A stretch of DNA of 64,000 bases, taken from positions 1 through 64,000 of IMG/VR virus record IMGVR_UViG_3300031853_000007. One strand, written 5' to 3'. The stretch comes from a virus (taxonomy: Duplodnaviria; Caudoviricetes). A program made the translations under genes and the position numbers. The notes under the pieces were generated by a model, which made no database searches, was not told the origin of the DNA, and saw only the letters and a list, made by a program, of their open reading frames with translations. Below are positions 10,113-18,675 of the stretch, piece by piece. How positions within the stretch are numbered: position 1 is the first letter of the stretch; each line of letters starts with the position of its first letter.

Positions 10113-10556
10113 ATGACTAAGTTTGAGAAGATTAAGATTAAGTATTTCGATAATGAGATTGACAAGATTAGAAACATCGAGGGTAAATCCGACTGGTTTG
10201 ATTTGAGAGCTTCCGAAACTGTAACTCTGAAAGCGGGAGAGTTTGCTCTTATTCCTCTTGGGGTAGGTATGATTCTTCCTGATAACTTTGAAGCCAACAT
10301 AGTTCCTCGCAGTTCGACCTTTAAGAACTACGGTATTATTCAGACAAATTGTTTCGCAGTAATTGACAACTCCTATTCGGGAGATAATGATATGTGGCGA
10401 CTTCCTGTGTACGCTACCAGAGATGTAACCATTAATAAGAACGAGAGAATTTGCCAGTTCAGAATTAATGAGAGACAGCCTGTCATTGAATTTGAAGAGG
10501 TTGCCAAGCTTAATGATACTGATCGTGGCGGTTTTGGAAGTACAGGTGTGAACTAA
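10113..10556 (+). CDS. dut: dUTPase (trimeric)
   Basis: DLRA, PRSS, VIDNSYSG, RICQF, RGGFGSTG. Confidence 0.95.
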   Translation: MTKFEKIKIKYFDNEIDKIRNIEGKSDWFDLRASETVTLKAGEFALIPLGVGMILPDNFEANIVPRSSTFKNYGIIQTNCFAVIDNSYSGDNDMWRLPVYATRDVTINKNERICQFRINERQPVIEFEEVAKLNDTDRGGFGSTGVN

Positions 10557-10557
10557 C

Positions 10558-10839
10558 ATGATGTACAAGTGTGAGAATTGTGGCGGTATCTTTGACCGCC
10601 CACTTCTCGTTGAAGAAGATTTCGGATATGAAACTTGTCTTGGACACGTATCAGCGTATCAGCAATTTAAGGAATGTCCTTACTGTAGTTGTAACTTCTA
10701 CTATGAGGTTGAACAGTGCGAAGAGTGTGGCGAATGGTTTCCAACGTATAGAATTTACTCTACCAAAGACAAGACAGGAATCGAACATCTTACTTGCGAG
10801 AAGTGCGAAGAGAAGTATTATGATGAAAACGATGAATAA
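10558..10839 (+). CDS. Multi-CxxC zinc-finger protein
   Basis: Four CxxC pairs. Confidence 0.7.
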   Translation: MMYKCENCGGIFDRPLLVEEDFGYETCLGHVSAYQQFKECPYCSCNFYYEVEQCEECGEWFPTYRIYSTKDKTGIEHLTCEKCEEKYYDENDE

Positions 10840-10857
10840 TGATTAGGAGAATTACAT

Positions 10858-11370
10858 ATGATAAAGGTAGAATTACTTAGACACCCTACAGAAGAGGATT
10901 GGCTGAGGTGTAAGACTCTTGCACTTAATACCGTTGGTAAGAAGGCAGTCAATCAGCCTACAGACAAGTGGAAGCATGATATCATCAAATGCGCCCACAG
11001 TCCTATTAGAACACTGATGTTTACGATTAGAATGGAGATACCGTATTATACTAGTGTTCACTTTGTAAGGCACAAGTATGGTGTTGAGCATTATGTGACT
11101 AGTCAGCGTAATGACAGGCAGGACAACTATGATAGAACAAAGGCACCGCAGGATTCCCCTGTGGTACACATTATGGATGTAAATGCTCAGGAGCTTATCT
11201 TCATGGCGCATAAGAGGTTATGCAATCAGGCAGACCCTATGACTAGAGAAGTAATGCGATTGATTTGTGACGAAGTTGCTAAGACCAACCCGGAGTTTAC
11301 CGAGTTTCTTGTACCTGAGTGTGGATATCTTGGTCATTGTAATGAAATGTTTCCGTGTGGCAAAGGATGA
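10858..11370 (+). CDS. thyX: Flavin-dependent thymidylate synthase (short form)
   Basis: HSPIR, VHFVRH......VTSQR signature, RLC..A..TR; next to dUTPase. Confidence 0.85.
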   Translation: MIKVELLRHPTEEDWLRCKTLALNTVGKKAVNQPTDKWKHDIIKCAHSPIRTLMFTIRMEIPYYTSVHFVRHKYGVEHYVTSQRNDRQDNYDRTKAPQDSPVVHIMDVNAQELIFMAHKRLCNQADPMTREVMRLICDEVAKTNPEFTEFLVPECGYLGHCNEMFPCGKG

Positions 11371-11570
11371 TTGATATGACAACCAATTACAAAAACTATA
11401 ATCTGAGTAATCTCATGACCGCGAAGGAGCTAAAGGATTACTTGAAGATTGGTAAGAACGCAGCTTACGCCTTGATAAACAACGATGAAGTACCAGTCGT
11501 AAGGATTGGTAATAAGAAGTACGTTGTGGTTGATAGGTTACAAGAATATCTTCATAGAAACCTCAGATAA
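11367..11570 (+). CDS. Excisionase-like HTH protein
   Basis: LMTAKELKDYLKIGKNAAYALI...VPVVRIG (HTH_17 pattern); convergent with the integrase. Confidence 0.85.
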   Translation: MIDMTTNYKNYNLSNLMTAKELKDYLKIGKNAAYALINNDEVPVVRIGNKKYVVVDRLQEYLHRNLR

Positions 11571-11574
11571 CCGT

Positions 11575-11620
11575 AAAAAATAAGGAGCTATCACTTAATT
11601 GTGACGGCTCCTATTTTTTT
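11575..11620. terminator. Bidirectional intrinsic terminator between xis and int
   Basis: A-tract, GGAGCTATCAC/GTGACGGCTCC stem, T-tract. Confidence 0.85.
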
Positions 11621-11631
11621 GTTGTTTATAA

Positions 11632-12807
11632 TCAAATATCAAGCTGTTGAATTGTCTTTGCCTTTTCTTCTTCTAGCAGGTGTACGTATGTGTTATACGT
11701 AAACGATACGCTAGAATGTCCAAGCATTTCGGATATTATCTTTATATCCACGCCCTTTCGGATCATTAAACTGGCAAAGGTGTGCCTCAACGTATGCAAC
11801 CCCTGTGGTTCGTCAATACCCGCCCTCTTACATATAGCGGCATACGAGTTAGATAGAGTCGATAAGTCTCTTTTGCCGTTACAGATATACACGTAGTCTG
11901 AACTCAGCGGGCTTCTGATTTTGTACAACTCTGACAAATATTTCTCCGCAGTTTTGGTTAAGTGTACAATTCTGCTTTTGCGTGTCTTAGTACCGACTTG
12001 CTCAATAACTTGTCGCTTATCTTGTTCGTCGTAGACAATAGCTACATTAGCCTTGACCTTGATATACTTTTCCTTGAAATTAATGTCTCGCCACCTGAGC
12101 GACACAAACTCTCCTGCACGTAATCCTGTGTATATCAGTGACACGATAGCCAAGCTATTATCGTATTCAGTCCTAAACCAATGTGTAGTCAGTGCCGTAT
12201 TGACGAAGCGTTTGATTTCATCATCGTCAAAGAAACGTATCTCTTTGGTCTGCGTAAAAACCTTCTTGGGCGGGACTTCAACACGCTCACAAGGGTTGGT
12301 AGCGATAAACTCTTGTTTAATCGCATACTTCAACGCTTCATTGGTGAGTACGTAAGCTTTGTGGATGGTGGAATGACTAAGATGCTTGGGGTTCTGTAGC
12401 AGGGAGTTGATTAACTGATTCTGGATTACTGCGGGAGTCAGATCAGATAAGCGATACCCGCCAAGGTACGGTTTAATATTGTTGCGCCAAGTACATTCAT
12501 CTCGTGTGTAACTGGCAGGTTTGAGCTTTGGTTTCTTGATATTAACCAAATAGCTCTCAAAGAAATCGGTAACTGGTGTTGTGTTCGTGATTGGTTTATC
12601 ATCTACAGCGGTAATGTCTTCCTTAAACTGGCGCATTTTGCGTATTACGTCCTCTTGGTTGCCAGCGTAGAAGCGTTTAAACCTAACTCTACCGTTTGCG
12701 TATCTGCCATTTTCTACTTGCCCTACCCATTTCTCAGTAGTTGAGTCATAATAAACCGAGCCAACGTTCTTGATGTGTCGTACTTTCTTGCTTCCTGTAT
12801 TAGCCAT
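11632..12807 (-). CDS. int: Tyrosine integrase
   Basis: TGLRAGE (R), TKT (K), HTLRHTFAS, LGHSS, Y.H; N-terminal arm-binding and SAM-like domains; adjacent to attP. Confidence 0.96.
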   Translation of the reverse strand: MANTGSKKVRHIKNVGSVYYDSTTEKWVGQVENGRYANGRVRFKRFYAGNQEDVIRKMRQFKEDITAVDDKPITNTTPVTDFFESYLVNIKKPKLKPASYTRDECTWRNNIKPYLGGYRLSDLTPAVIQNQLINSLLQNPKHLSHSTIHKAYVLTNEALKYAIKQEFIATNPCERVEVPPKKVFTQTKEIRFFDDDEIKRFVNTALTTHWFRTEYDNSLAIVSLIYTGLRAGEFVSLRWRDINFKEKYIKVKANVAIVYDEQDKRQVIEQVGTKTRKSRIVHLTKTAEKYLSELYKIRSPLSSDYVYICNGKRDLSTLSNSYAAICKRAGIDEPQGLHTLRHTFASLMIRKGVDIKIISEMLGHSSVSFTYNTYVHLLEEEKAKTIQQLDI

Positions 12808-12830
12808 GCACATCACCTCTCTTGCATCAT

Positions 12831-12859
12831 ATTATAACACAACAGATTAGGTTTGTCAA
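12831..12859 (-). promoter_or_regulatory. SigmaA-type promoter of integrase
   Basis: TTGACA-17 nt-TATAAT with extended -10 TG on the minus strand. Confidence 0.85.
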
Positions 12860-12866
12860 ATGCAAA

Positions 12867-13140
12867 ATCGTGTAAAAATCGTGTAGAAATAAAGGAAAAG
12901 TAGGGATGATTAAGGACAACTAGGGAAAAACAGAGAAAGAGTTAGTCCGTTACTTGAAATAAAAAGACCCTGCAAAACCAACGAGAACTGCGATTTTACA
13001 GGGTTTTTGATGGCTGGGGTGAAAGGATTCGAACCTTTGAAGTGACGGAGTCAGAGTCCGTTGCAGATACCCCTCTAAAACGTTAAAAATACAAGGGAAA
13101 TTGAGTATCGTGTAAGTGGTTAATCGTGTAAAATCGTGTA
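12867..13140. other. Putative attP: tRNA-derived core flanked by five ATCGTGTA direct repeats (arm-type sites)
   Basis: ATCGTGTA at 12867, 12878, 13107, 13123 and 13133, on both sides of a tRNA-Gln 3' fragment, immediately upstream of int. Confidence 0.85.
13011..13064 (-). pseudogene. 3' portion of tRNA-Gln(CTG) including CCA (att core)
   Basis: GCAACGGACTCTGACTCCGTCACTTCAAAGGTTCGAATCCTTTCACCCCAGCCA: anticodon arm, T arm, acceptor 3' strand and CCA; D arm and 5' strand absent; followed by a terminator-like hairpin. Confidence 0.88.
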
Positions 13141-13192
13141 ACTTTTCGTATGCCCCATTGTTCATATGTAAACTTTCTGTAAAACTAACCGT

Positions 13193-13248
13193 AAAAATAA
13201 GGGAATACTTATCTGGTAATTCAGATAGGTACTCCCTATTTTTTTTTG
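13193..13248. terminator. Bidirectional intrinsic terminator
   Basis: AGGGAATACTTATCTG/CAGATAGGTACTCCCT stem flanked by A- and T-tracts. Confidence 0.8.
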
Positions 13249-13293
13249 TATTCTAAACTTGCAAACTCCTAGAATGTATGCAAGAGTATAGTA

Positions 13294-14814
13294 TTAACAA
13301 GCTAGCTCTAATCCAAAATATTTTTGATAATTGTCCAACATAGATATGTTAGAATATGGAAAACATTTTATGCCATAAGTAGATTCGTCTATAACCATTT
13401 TGAGGGCTTCTTGTTTTTGCTCGTCTGTGAGATTTTCAAATGATTTCCATATATAACCAAGATAAATAGTATTGCTATTTCCGTAACAATAATTCCTTAC
13501 TCGCTTGGCTGTTTTCTCATCTATTGACAATGCTTGCATTACTTCATTATAGGTCTCACACACAAGCTTGATCTGATTGGTAACAGGATTTATGGCAAAC
13601 TTTGGCGCACCTTTGGCGGGAGATAGTCTTAATACTTTGCCACGATGTTTGGGAGTGTTATAATCAAATACTCCTTCAACAAATTCTATTTCGTTGTTAC
13701 AAACTCCGTCACGAATATATTCTTTTTCTTCATCGTCCAAATCTCTAAACCAATACCACCATTTGCCTAATTGAACAATACTCTGATCGTCACAAGCAAT
13801 TTTTATTTTACTCGGTTCACCTCTATGTACAAGTGTAGCTTTGGGGCTATGGTAAACAGTTAATTTGTGAGTTCTTACATCCTCTCCTACAATAGCATTA
13901 TAACCATAAAGCGTTTCAGGTAATTCGGATAAAGGAAGATTATGAGGTTCACATTCGGAAGCACGACGAAATGTAACATTATTAGCTTGAAAACAATGTT
14001 TATCCATGCAGTGCCAAACATTATCTCTTGTAACGTTATATGCGTTTGCCGCTTCTGCCATCGACCTATATGTTGCAAGATATTTGCCGTATGGGTATGT
14101 ATAGGCATGAATTAAAAACTCTCTGTTGGGGCGAATAAATTCTTTAATGCGTTCAGGAGTTACATGGTGAGCATCAGATTTACGTACCCAAACGTAACCG
14201 TAGGCTGTTAAATAATCATGAGGTTTATTTTTTTCGTAAGGATTTTTAGAAAAATTATCAAGACAGAATTGATGAAAAGTTTGCAGTACGCTATTAATTG
14301 CCCTCGAACGTCCTAATGCTCGATTTATTTTTCTCCCAGCTTCTAAGACACTATTATACTCTGCTACAAAATTGCCTTCTAAATCAAATTGACATACTTT
14401 CCATTCTTCCCTTAATATTGGGGTTCTTTGTTTGCGCCATTTATTATAAGACAATTTAATTCCTTTTTGTGCTGGAATCAAATTATACCCATAATTTGCA
14501 TTTAATGTATTGAATTTATTTATCCAATACTGTTCTCTTTCCCAAAGCGAGCTTTCATCGCACTTCTCTAATATATAAAAGCAAAAAGCCTCCTGAGAGT
14601 ATTTCTCCCAAGAGGCTTGAAGATGTTGGTTATGGTGGTAATGACCTTTTAATGATAGTATGTGGCTTACCCACCGATCATAAATATTTATACTTTGTCC
14701 AATATATTTCTTACCATTGACATTATTGCTAATGCAGTATATTCCACACACATCAAGTTTCTTTTTGTTGTCTGCTTTTATATCGTCTACATTATAAATT
14801 TCTATATATGTCAC
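13294..14814 (-). CDS. Free-standing GIY-YIG endonuclease with repeated NUMOD1-like domains
   Basis: GIYCI...KKYIGQS, EREQYWI, GYN; VCQFDLEGNFVAEYNSVLEA and similar repeats. Confidence 0.88.
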   Translation of the reverse strand: MTYIEIYNVDDIKADNKKKLDVCGIYCISNNVNGKKYIGQSINIYDRWVSHILSLKGHYHHNQHLQASWEKYSQEAFCFYILEKCDESSLWEREQYWINKFNTLNANYGYNLIPAQKGIKLSYNKWRKQRTPILREEWKVCQFDLEGNFVAEYNSVLEAGRKINRALGRSRAINSVLQTFHQFCLDNFSKNPYEKNKPHDYLTAYGYVWVRKSDAHHVTPERIKEFIRPNREFLIHAYTYPYGKYLATYRSMAEAANAYNVTRDNVWHCMDKHCFQANNVTFRRASECEPHNLPLSELPETLYGYNAIVGEDVRTHKLTVYHSPKATLVHRGEPSKIKIACDDQSIVQLGKWWYWFRDLDDEEKEYIRDGVCNNEIEFVEGVFDYNTPKHRGKVLRLSPAKGAPKFAINPVTNQIKLVCETYNEVMQALSIDEKTAKRVRNYCYGNSNTIYLGYIWKSFENLTDEQKQEALKMVIDESTYGIKCFPYSNISMLDNYQKYFGLELAC

Positions 14815-14825
14815 TTCCTTACTGT

Positions 14826-15788
14826 TTACATATCAAGTTCGTCCTTTAACTGTGTCAATCTTCTTGTATCAGTTTTGAGATAATGCTTTCTTGTTACATC
14901 TGTTCCACTGTGATTGAGTAGTGCCGATATATCTTCTAAAGGCATACCAGCAAGTGAGTACAATTGGGATTGCGTATGCCGGAAATCATGTGGGTGCCAT
15001 GAATCAACCCCAATCATCTTACCAATCTTTTTACACCAATCGTTCAGCGTTCCTGTACTAATCGGCTTATCCTCCGTGTTATATCCTGAATAAAACACCC
15101 AACCATAATCGTTTATCTTCTGTATCTCACGCTCTCTTTGAAGCTGTAACAGAAGCTCCTTTACCTCATTACTAAAGAACAGGTCAACAATCTTACCCTC
15201 TTTTTCAAGCACATCCTTGACAATTCGATTCTCAAAATCAATCTGTTCCCACCTAATGTTAGCCACCGCATTTACTCGCGCCATCGTAGACAGCGAAAAC
15301 AGTGCATAGGTTTTCAGTTGAAGATTTCCATATTCTGTAAGCTTATCCTTCATTAGCTGAACTTGTTCTTTGGTAAGAAACGTCTGTGTTACAATCGGCA
15401 ATCCCTTTTTTGGTCGGTCAAGAAATTCGCAGGGGTTCTCTAGTATAAGCTTTTTCTTTCTAAGGAACTTATAGAATGCGGAAATTGCCGCCATTCGTCT
15501 CTTCATGCGCTCCGTGTTGTTGCCTTGCTGTTTGCAGAAGTACAAGAACTCAGTAATGTCATCATCGGTTAAATCCTTAACACTTTGATTAAATTGATTA
15601 TCGAGTATGTAGATAAACCATTGCTGTAAGTCTTTCTCATACTGATATATAGTCTTCTCCGACAGGTCACGCAAGGACATATCAACCTTGTACTTCTGTA
15701 ACAACTTCTGTGTTTCAGGGTTTATTTTTTCTAACTTTTCGGGGTCATACAATACTACTCGTTTACTGCGTTTCGCTTCAACAGCCAA
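14826..15788 (-). CDS. XerC/D-like tyrosine recombinase (second recombinase)
   Basis: STMARV (R), EKEGK (K), HPHDFRH, LNHSG, HY; SAM-like N-terminus; TTG start after AGGAGG. Confidence 0.9.
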   Translation of the reverse strand: MAVEAKRSKRVVLYDPEKLEKINPETQKLLQKYKVDMSLRDLSEKTIYQYEKDLQQWFIYILDNQFNQSVKDLTDDDITEFLYFCKQQGNNTERMKRRMAAISAFYKFLRKKKLILENPCEFLDRPKKGLPIVTQTFLTKEQVQLMKDKLTEYGNLQLKTYALFSLSTMARVNAVANIRWEQIDFENRIVKDVLEKEGKIVDLFFSNEVKELLLQLQREREIQKINDYGWVFYSGYNTEDKPISTGTLNDWCKKIGKMIGVDSWHPHDFRHTQSQLYSLAGMPLEDISALLNHSGTDVTRKHYLKTDTRRLTQLKDELDM

Positions 15789-15816
15789 TAACCCCACCTC
15801 CTTTATTTCTTTTTTA

Positions 15817-16656
15817 TTATTCGTCTTTAATAGCAATTCCTGCCGCTATATAAAAAATCTGTCCACCGACTTCATAGAAGCCACAAAGCTGCGGATCACC
15901 GTATAATACCTGATACAAACCGTCAACTATTGATGTGCCAGAATTATCCATCAAAGGTATTAGCAGCACATAATTGCCTCTAGTATTAATTGTGAGGTCT
16001 GTATAATATCCAGGAGTTTCACCAAATGACTTAACAGTTCTAAATTTTCCGTTATAGTAACAAGACCACCATGCGCACTTATTCGCTCCGGCTCTACCAA
16101 AGGACATTGACATATATCCCGGCATCGACGTATCACTATCGTATCTCGGCGCCATCATAAGTACAGCATCAGAATTTGCAACCATTTCAGCATCCCAGTC
16201 TGTGCCTGATGAAATATTAACTCTAAACGTATCAGAAAAACTGCCACCATACGTTCCAAGCGTCCATGATGGATCTCCAGAATACGGACTTGTCTTTGCC
16301 TGAACGTTACCGAAATACAAATGTACTTCTGTATCGGAATCATACATGGAATCATAGTCGAATACCGACGACGAATACAAAAACATTGATGGTAAAACTT
16401 CAAGTCTATCGTACTCTGTCGTTGAAAATATCTTATGCTCCAAATTATGAGTATCAGCAAATGTTTTGGCTATGGGAATGCCAAAATAGCCCGAATCTTT
16501 AGGCACATTCACGGTCACACTACTGTAGCCGTCCGCACCATCATCACTCGCATTATACACGCCGTTCTCGGTAATGGTCTTTTCCGCTGTTGAGAGTTTA
16601 ATCTGCACACTGTGAATCCGATCCAATCCTTGTGATGTTTTGATATTTAAGCTCAT
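15817..16656 (-). CDS. Putative tail fibre/accessory structural protein
   Basis: KTITENGVY.A..DGADGYSSVTVNV motif seen in phage tail proteins; position in tail module. Confidence 0.6.
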   Translation of the reverse strand: MSLNIKTSQGLDRIHSVQIKLSTAEKTITENGVYNASDDGADGYSSVTVNVPKDSGYFGIPIAKTFADTHNLEHKIFSTTEYDRLEVLPSMFLYSSSVFDYDSMYDSDTEVHLYFGNVQAKTSPYSGDPSWTLGTYGGSFSDTFRVNISSGTDWDAEMVANSDAVLMMAPRYDSDTSMPGYMSMSFGRAGANKCAWWSCYYNGKFRTVKSFGETPGYYTDLTINTRGNYVLLIPLMDNSGTSIVDGLYQVLYGDPQLCGFYEVGGQIFYIAAGIAIKDE

Positions 16657-16719
16657 TTTATCACCTCTAACTTTCTATGTAAGACATAACCGCCCGAACA
16701 AGTCGGAACGGTCAATCTT

Positions 16720-16773
16720 ACATACTATATATTGTGGTTTATTATTTAATAACATACTATATAATGTGTTTTA
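16720..16773. promoter_or_regulatory. Tandem NrdR-box-like direct repeat (32-bp period)
   Basis: ACATACTATATATTGTGGTTTA (16720) and ACATACTATATAATGTGTTTTA (16752) resemble consensus acaCwAtATaTwGtg. Confidence 0.65.
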
Positions 16774-16793
16774 CATTGGATAAAATTTTACTT

Positions 16794-18014
16794 TTATGTC
16801 ACATCCTGTGTCCAATTTCCATTAACCATTTTATAATTATCTATATCGCTCCACCCGCTCCAACTATTGTACTTAACATACATCTGTGATGGTTTCAATG
16901 TACCATTATAGTCGATGACCGTACTGCCCTTATTGGTCGGTATGCTCACGCCTGCCTGCTCCATGCTGACCGTATCGGCGTAGTCACCAATCTTCATTAA
17001 CGGCTCGTTTACGACTGCTGTTTCGGGTTCTGCGAGGACATACCAAACTGTTACTGGTGTTCCTGCGGCGTATTGGGTGGCGAGGTAGGATTTGAAGTCA
17101 GATAGCGACATAATCGTACTGGATGTACATAAGCACACATCTCCTCTTTGTGCTCGTCCCCAGAAAGCCGACGGTTGTCTGTTAAAATCATTGCGTAATA
17201 TAACAGGCAGGTGAGAGCATAATAAGCCAGATGCAGTATTGCGAAAATCTGATGAATTAACATTAGTGAAGAAAAATTCATCAAAATTGCTTGACCAATC
17301 AAAATTGCTTGACCAGTTCTCTTCTCCCGTCAGCACCAACTTCTTTATCCTTCTCGTTGTCTCCACTTCTCCGAGGTAGATGTCGGTTACAGTGGAATTG
17401 CTGAGTATCGGCAGCTTGTAGCCGTAGGGGATGTATGAGGTGGGAGCGGTGGAGCCTGAGACGAACATAAACTCTGAGTCATATATGGAGAGTCCACTAA
17501 CTCTTGCATAACTTGCATCGTTCGGTGCTGTATAAGAGCGGGTAATTACACTTCCAATAAGTGCTTCAACTACTGTACTTGAATAGCCAACACATTGCCT
17601 ATCACTATCATACCAAGCCAAACGGACAAATCGTCCCGGTGTATATCCTGACAATGATCTAAATGTATATGGCTGTCCTGCTGTTACTGGTATATAATCT
17701 GATGTGCTATAATGTGAATTTGTATCAGTTGAGCCATCGTCTTTTAATGATCCTATCGTAGACGCACTAAAATCCCACAAATTCTCCGTCCTCTCACCGC
17801 ACCCACTCGGTATGATAGGATTTTCAGGCGTTGGTGTTCCGTCCTGCACTGTATTACCATATATGCGGTAGTCGATGAGTGCCGTGCCGTCGGCGTTGAT
17901 GGTTATCGGTAACGCTCCCGTGTATTCGATAGTTTTTGATGAAGTATATTTCTTTGCTTTTATTGGTTCCCATACTGTTTCGCCATTGACAGTTTTCTTA
18001 ATTTTAAACCCCAT
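16794..18014 (-). CDS. Putative tail fibre / receptor-binding protein
   Basis: IYGNTVQDGTPTPENP, T.YIPYG, LVLTGEENW, FKSYL....PVTVWYVLAEP motifs typical of Firmicute phage tail proteins. Confidence 0.75.
   Translation of the reverse strand: MGFKIKKTVNGETVWEPIKAKKYTSSKTIEYTGALPITINADGTALIDYRIYGNTVQDGTPTPENPIIPSGCGERTENLWDFSASTIGSLKDDGSTDTNSHYSTSDYIPVTAGQPYTFRSLSGYTPGRFVRLAWYDSDRQCVGYSSTVVEALIGSVITRSYTAPNDASYARVSGLSIYDSEFMFVSGSTAPTSYIPYGYKLPILSNSTVTDIYLGEVETTRRIKKLVLTGEENWSSNFDWSSNFDEFFFTNVNSSDFRNTASGLLCSHLPVILRNDFNRQPSAFWGRAQRGDVCLCTSSTIMSLSDFKSYLATQYAAGTPVTVWYVLAEPETAVVNEPLMKIGDYADTVSMEQAGVSIPTNKGSTVIDYNGTLKPSQMYVKYNSWSGWSDIDNYKMVNGNWTQDVT
17280..17315. repeat. Perfect in-frame 18-bp tandem duplication (WSSNFD x2)
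   Basis: ATCAAAATTGCTTGACCA twice. Confidence 0.9.
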
Positions 18015-18237
18015 CACTCCACCCCACTCCTATTGACCCATCGGGAATATCAGTATCTGTTGGTTCTGTGGAAGAAATGTATAATCTTAATCCGTTCTTT
18101 AACTCAATATAATTAGCGTTTGATTCACTAATTCCGTTTGTGGCGGTTTCAATAGGTTCCAATCGGTCATTGATTTCCCTTTTTGTATATCCACCACCGC
18201 CACCATAAGCAACGCCATTTCTAACAATTATTCCCAT
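18004..18237 (-). CDS. Small tail-associated protein
   Basis: NGVAYGGGG start, YISSTEPT...GSI C-terminus; coupled to neighbours. Confidence 0.65.
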   Translation of the reverse strand: MGIIVRNGVAYGGGGGYTKREINDRLEPIETATNGISESNANYIELKNGLRLYISSTEPTDTDIPDGSIGVGWSDGV

Positions 18238-18392
18238 TATTCATCCACCTCCTCAAAAGGTTCTCCGGTGATTTCCTCATATTCATCTGCGGTAATCCAA
18301 CTATGAACTACCGCGTCATGAACTTTACTTTTATTCCAAAGTCCAGAGTCATAATATCCCTTTACTTTTTTAAACTTTTTACTGTGTTGCAT
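18237..18392 (-). CDS. XkdX-family protein
   Basis: KVKGYYDSGLW....V..AV...WIT.DEYEEITGE. Confidence 0.85.
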   Translation of the reverse strand: MQHSKKFKKVKGYYDSGLWNKSKVHDAVVHSWITADEYEEITGEPFEEVDE

Positions 18393-18396
18393 ATCA

Positions 18397-18675
18397 TCAC
18401 TCCCCTTCGTCCTCATCCTCGCCACTATCCAGATCAATGTCGTTCATCATCGCGAGATAATCTAAGTTCGCCGCGTTTTGGACTTCCAATTCATAAATCG
18501 GATAATTTTCTTTAGGGATCTTCATTTCTTCCCACGAATAAAACTTCTCTTTTATTCCAGTGGTTTCGTCCTCACGTTCATGCTCTTCGATGTTTTTTCT
18601 AACATAAACCCACTTCTTAGATGAAGTGCTATCAATTATTGTGGGTCTAGTATTCGATTCAGTTTTGTACCACAT
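18397..18675 (-). CDS. Small acidic protein, putative tail fibre chaperone
   Basis: Directly upstream of xkdX-like gene; C-terminal LDYLAMMNDIDL; RBS AGGAGG; overlaps the RT stop. Confidence 0.6.
   Translation of the reverse strand: MWYKTESNTRPTIIDSTSSKKWVYVRKNIEEHEREDETTGIKEKFYSWEEMKIPKENYPIYELEVQNAANLDYLAMMNDIDLDSGEDEDEGE

Noticed and set aside
13011-13064. Functional phage tRNA-Gln
   Set aside because: Acceptor 5' strand and D arm are missing; better explained as an att core.
12867-13140. CRISPR-like array from ATCGTGTA repeats
   Set aside because: Repeats are 8 nt, irregularly spaced, with no cas genes.
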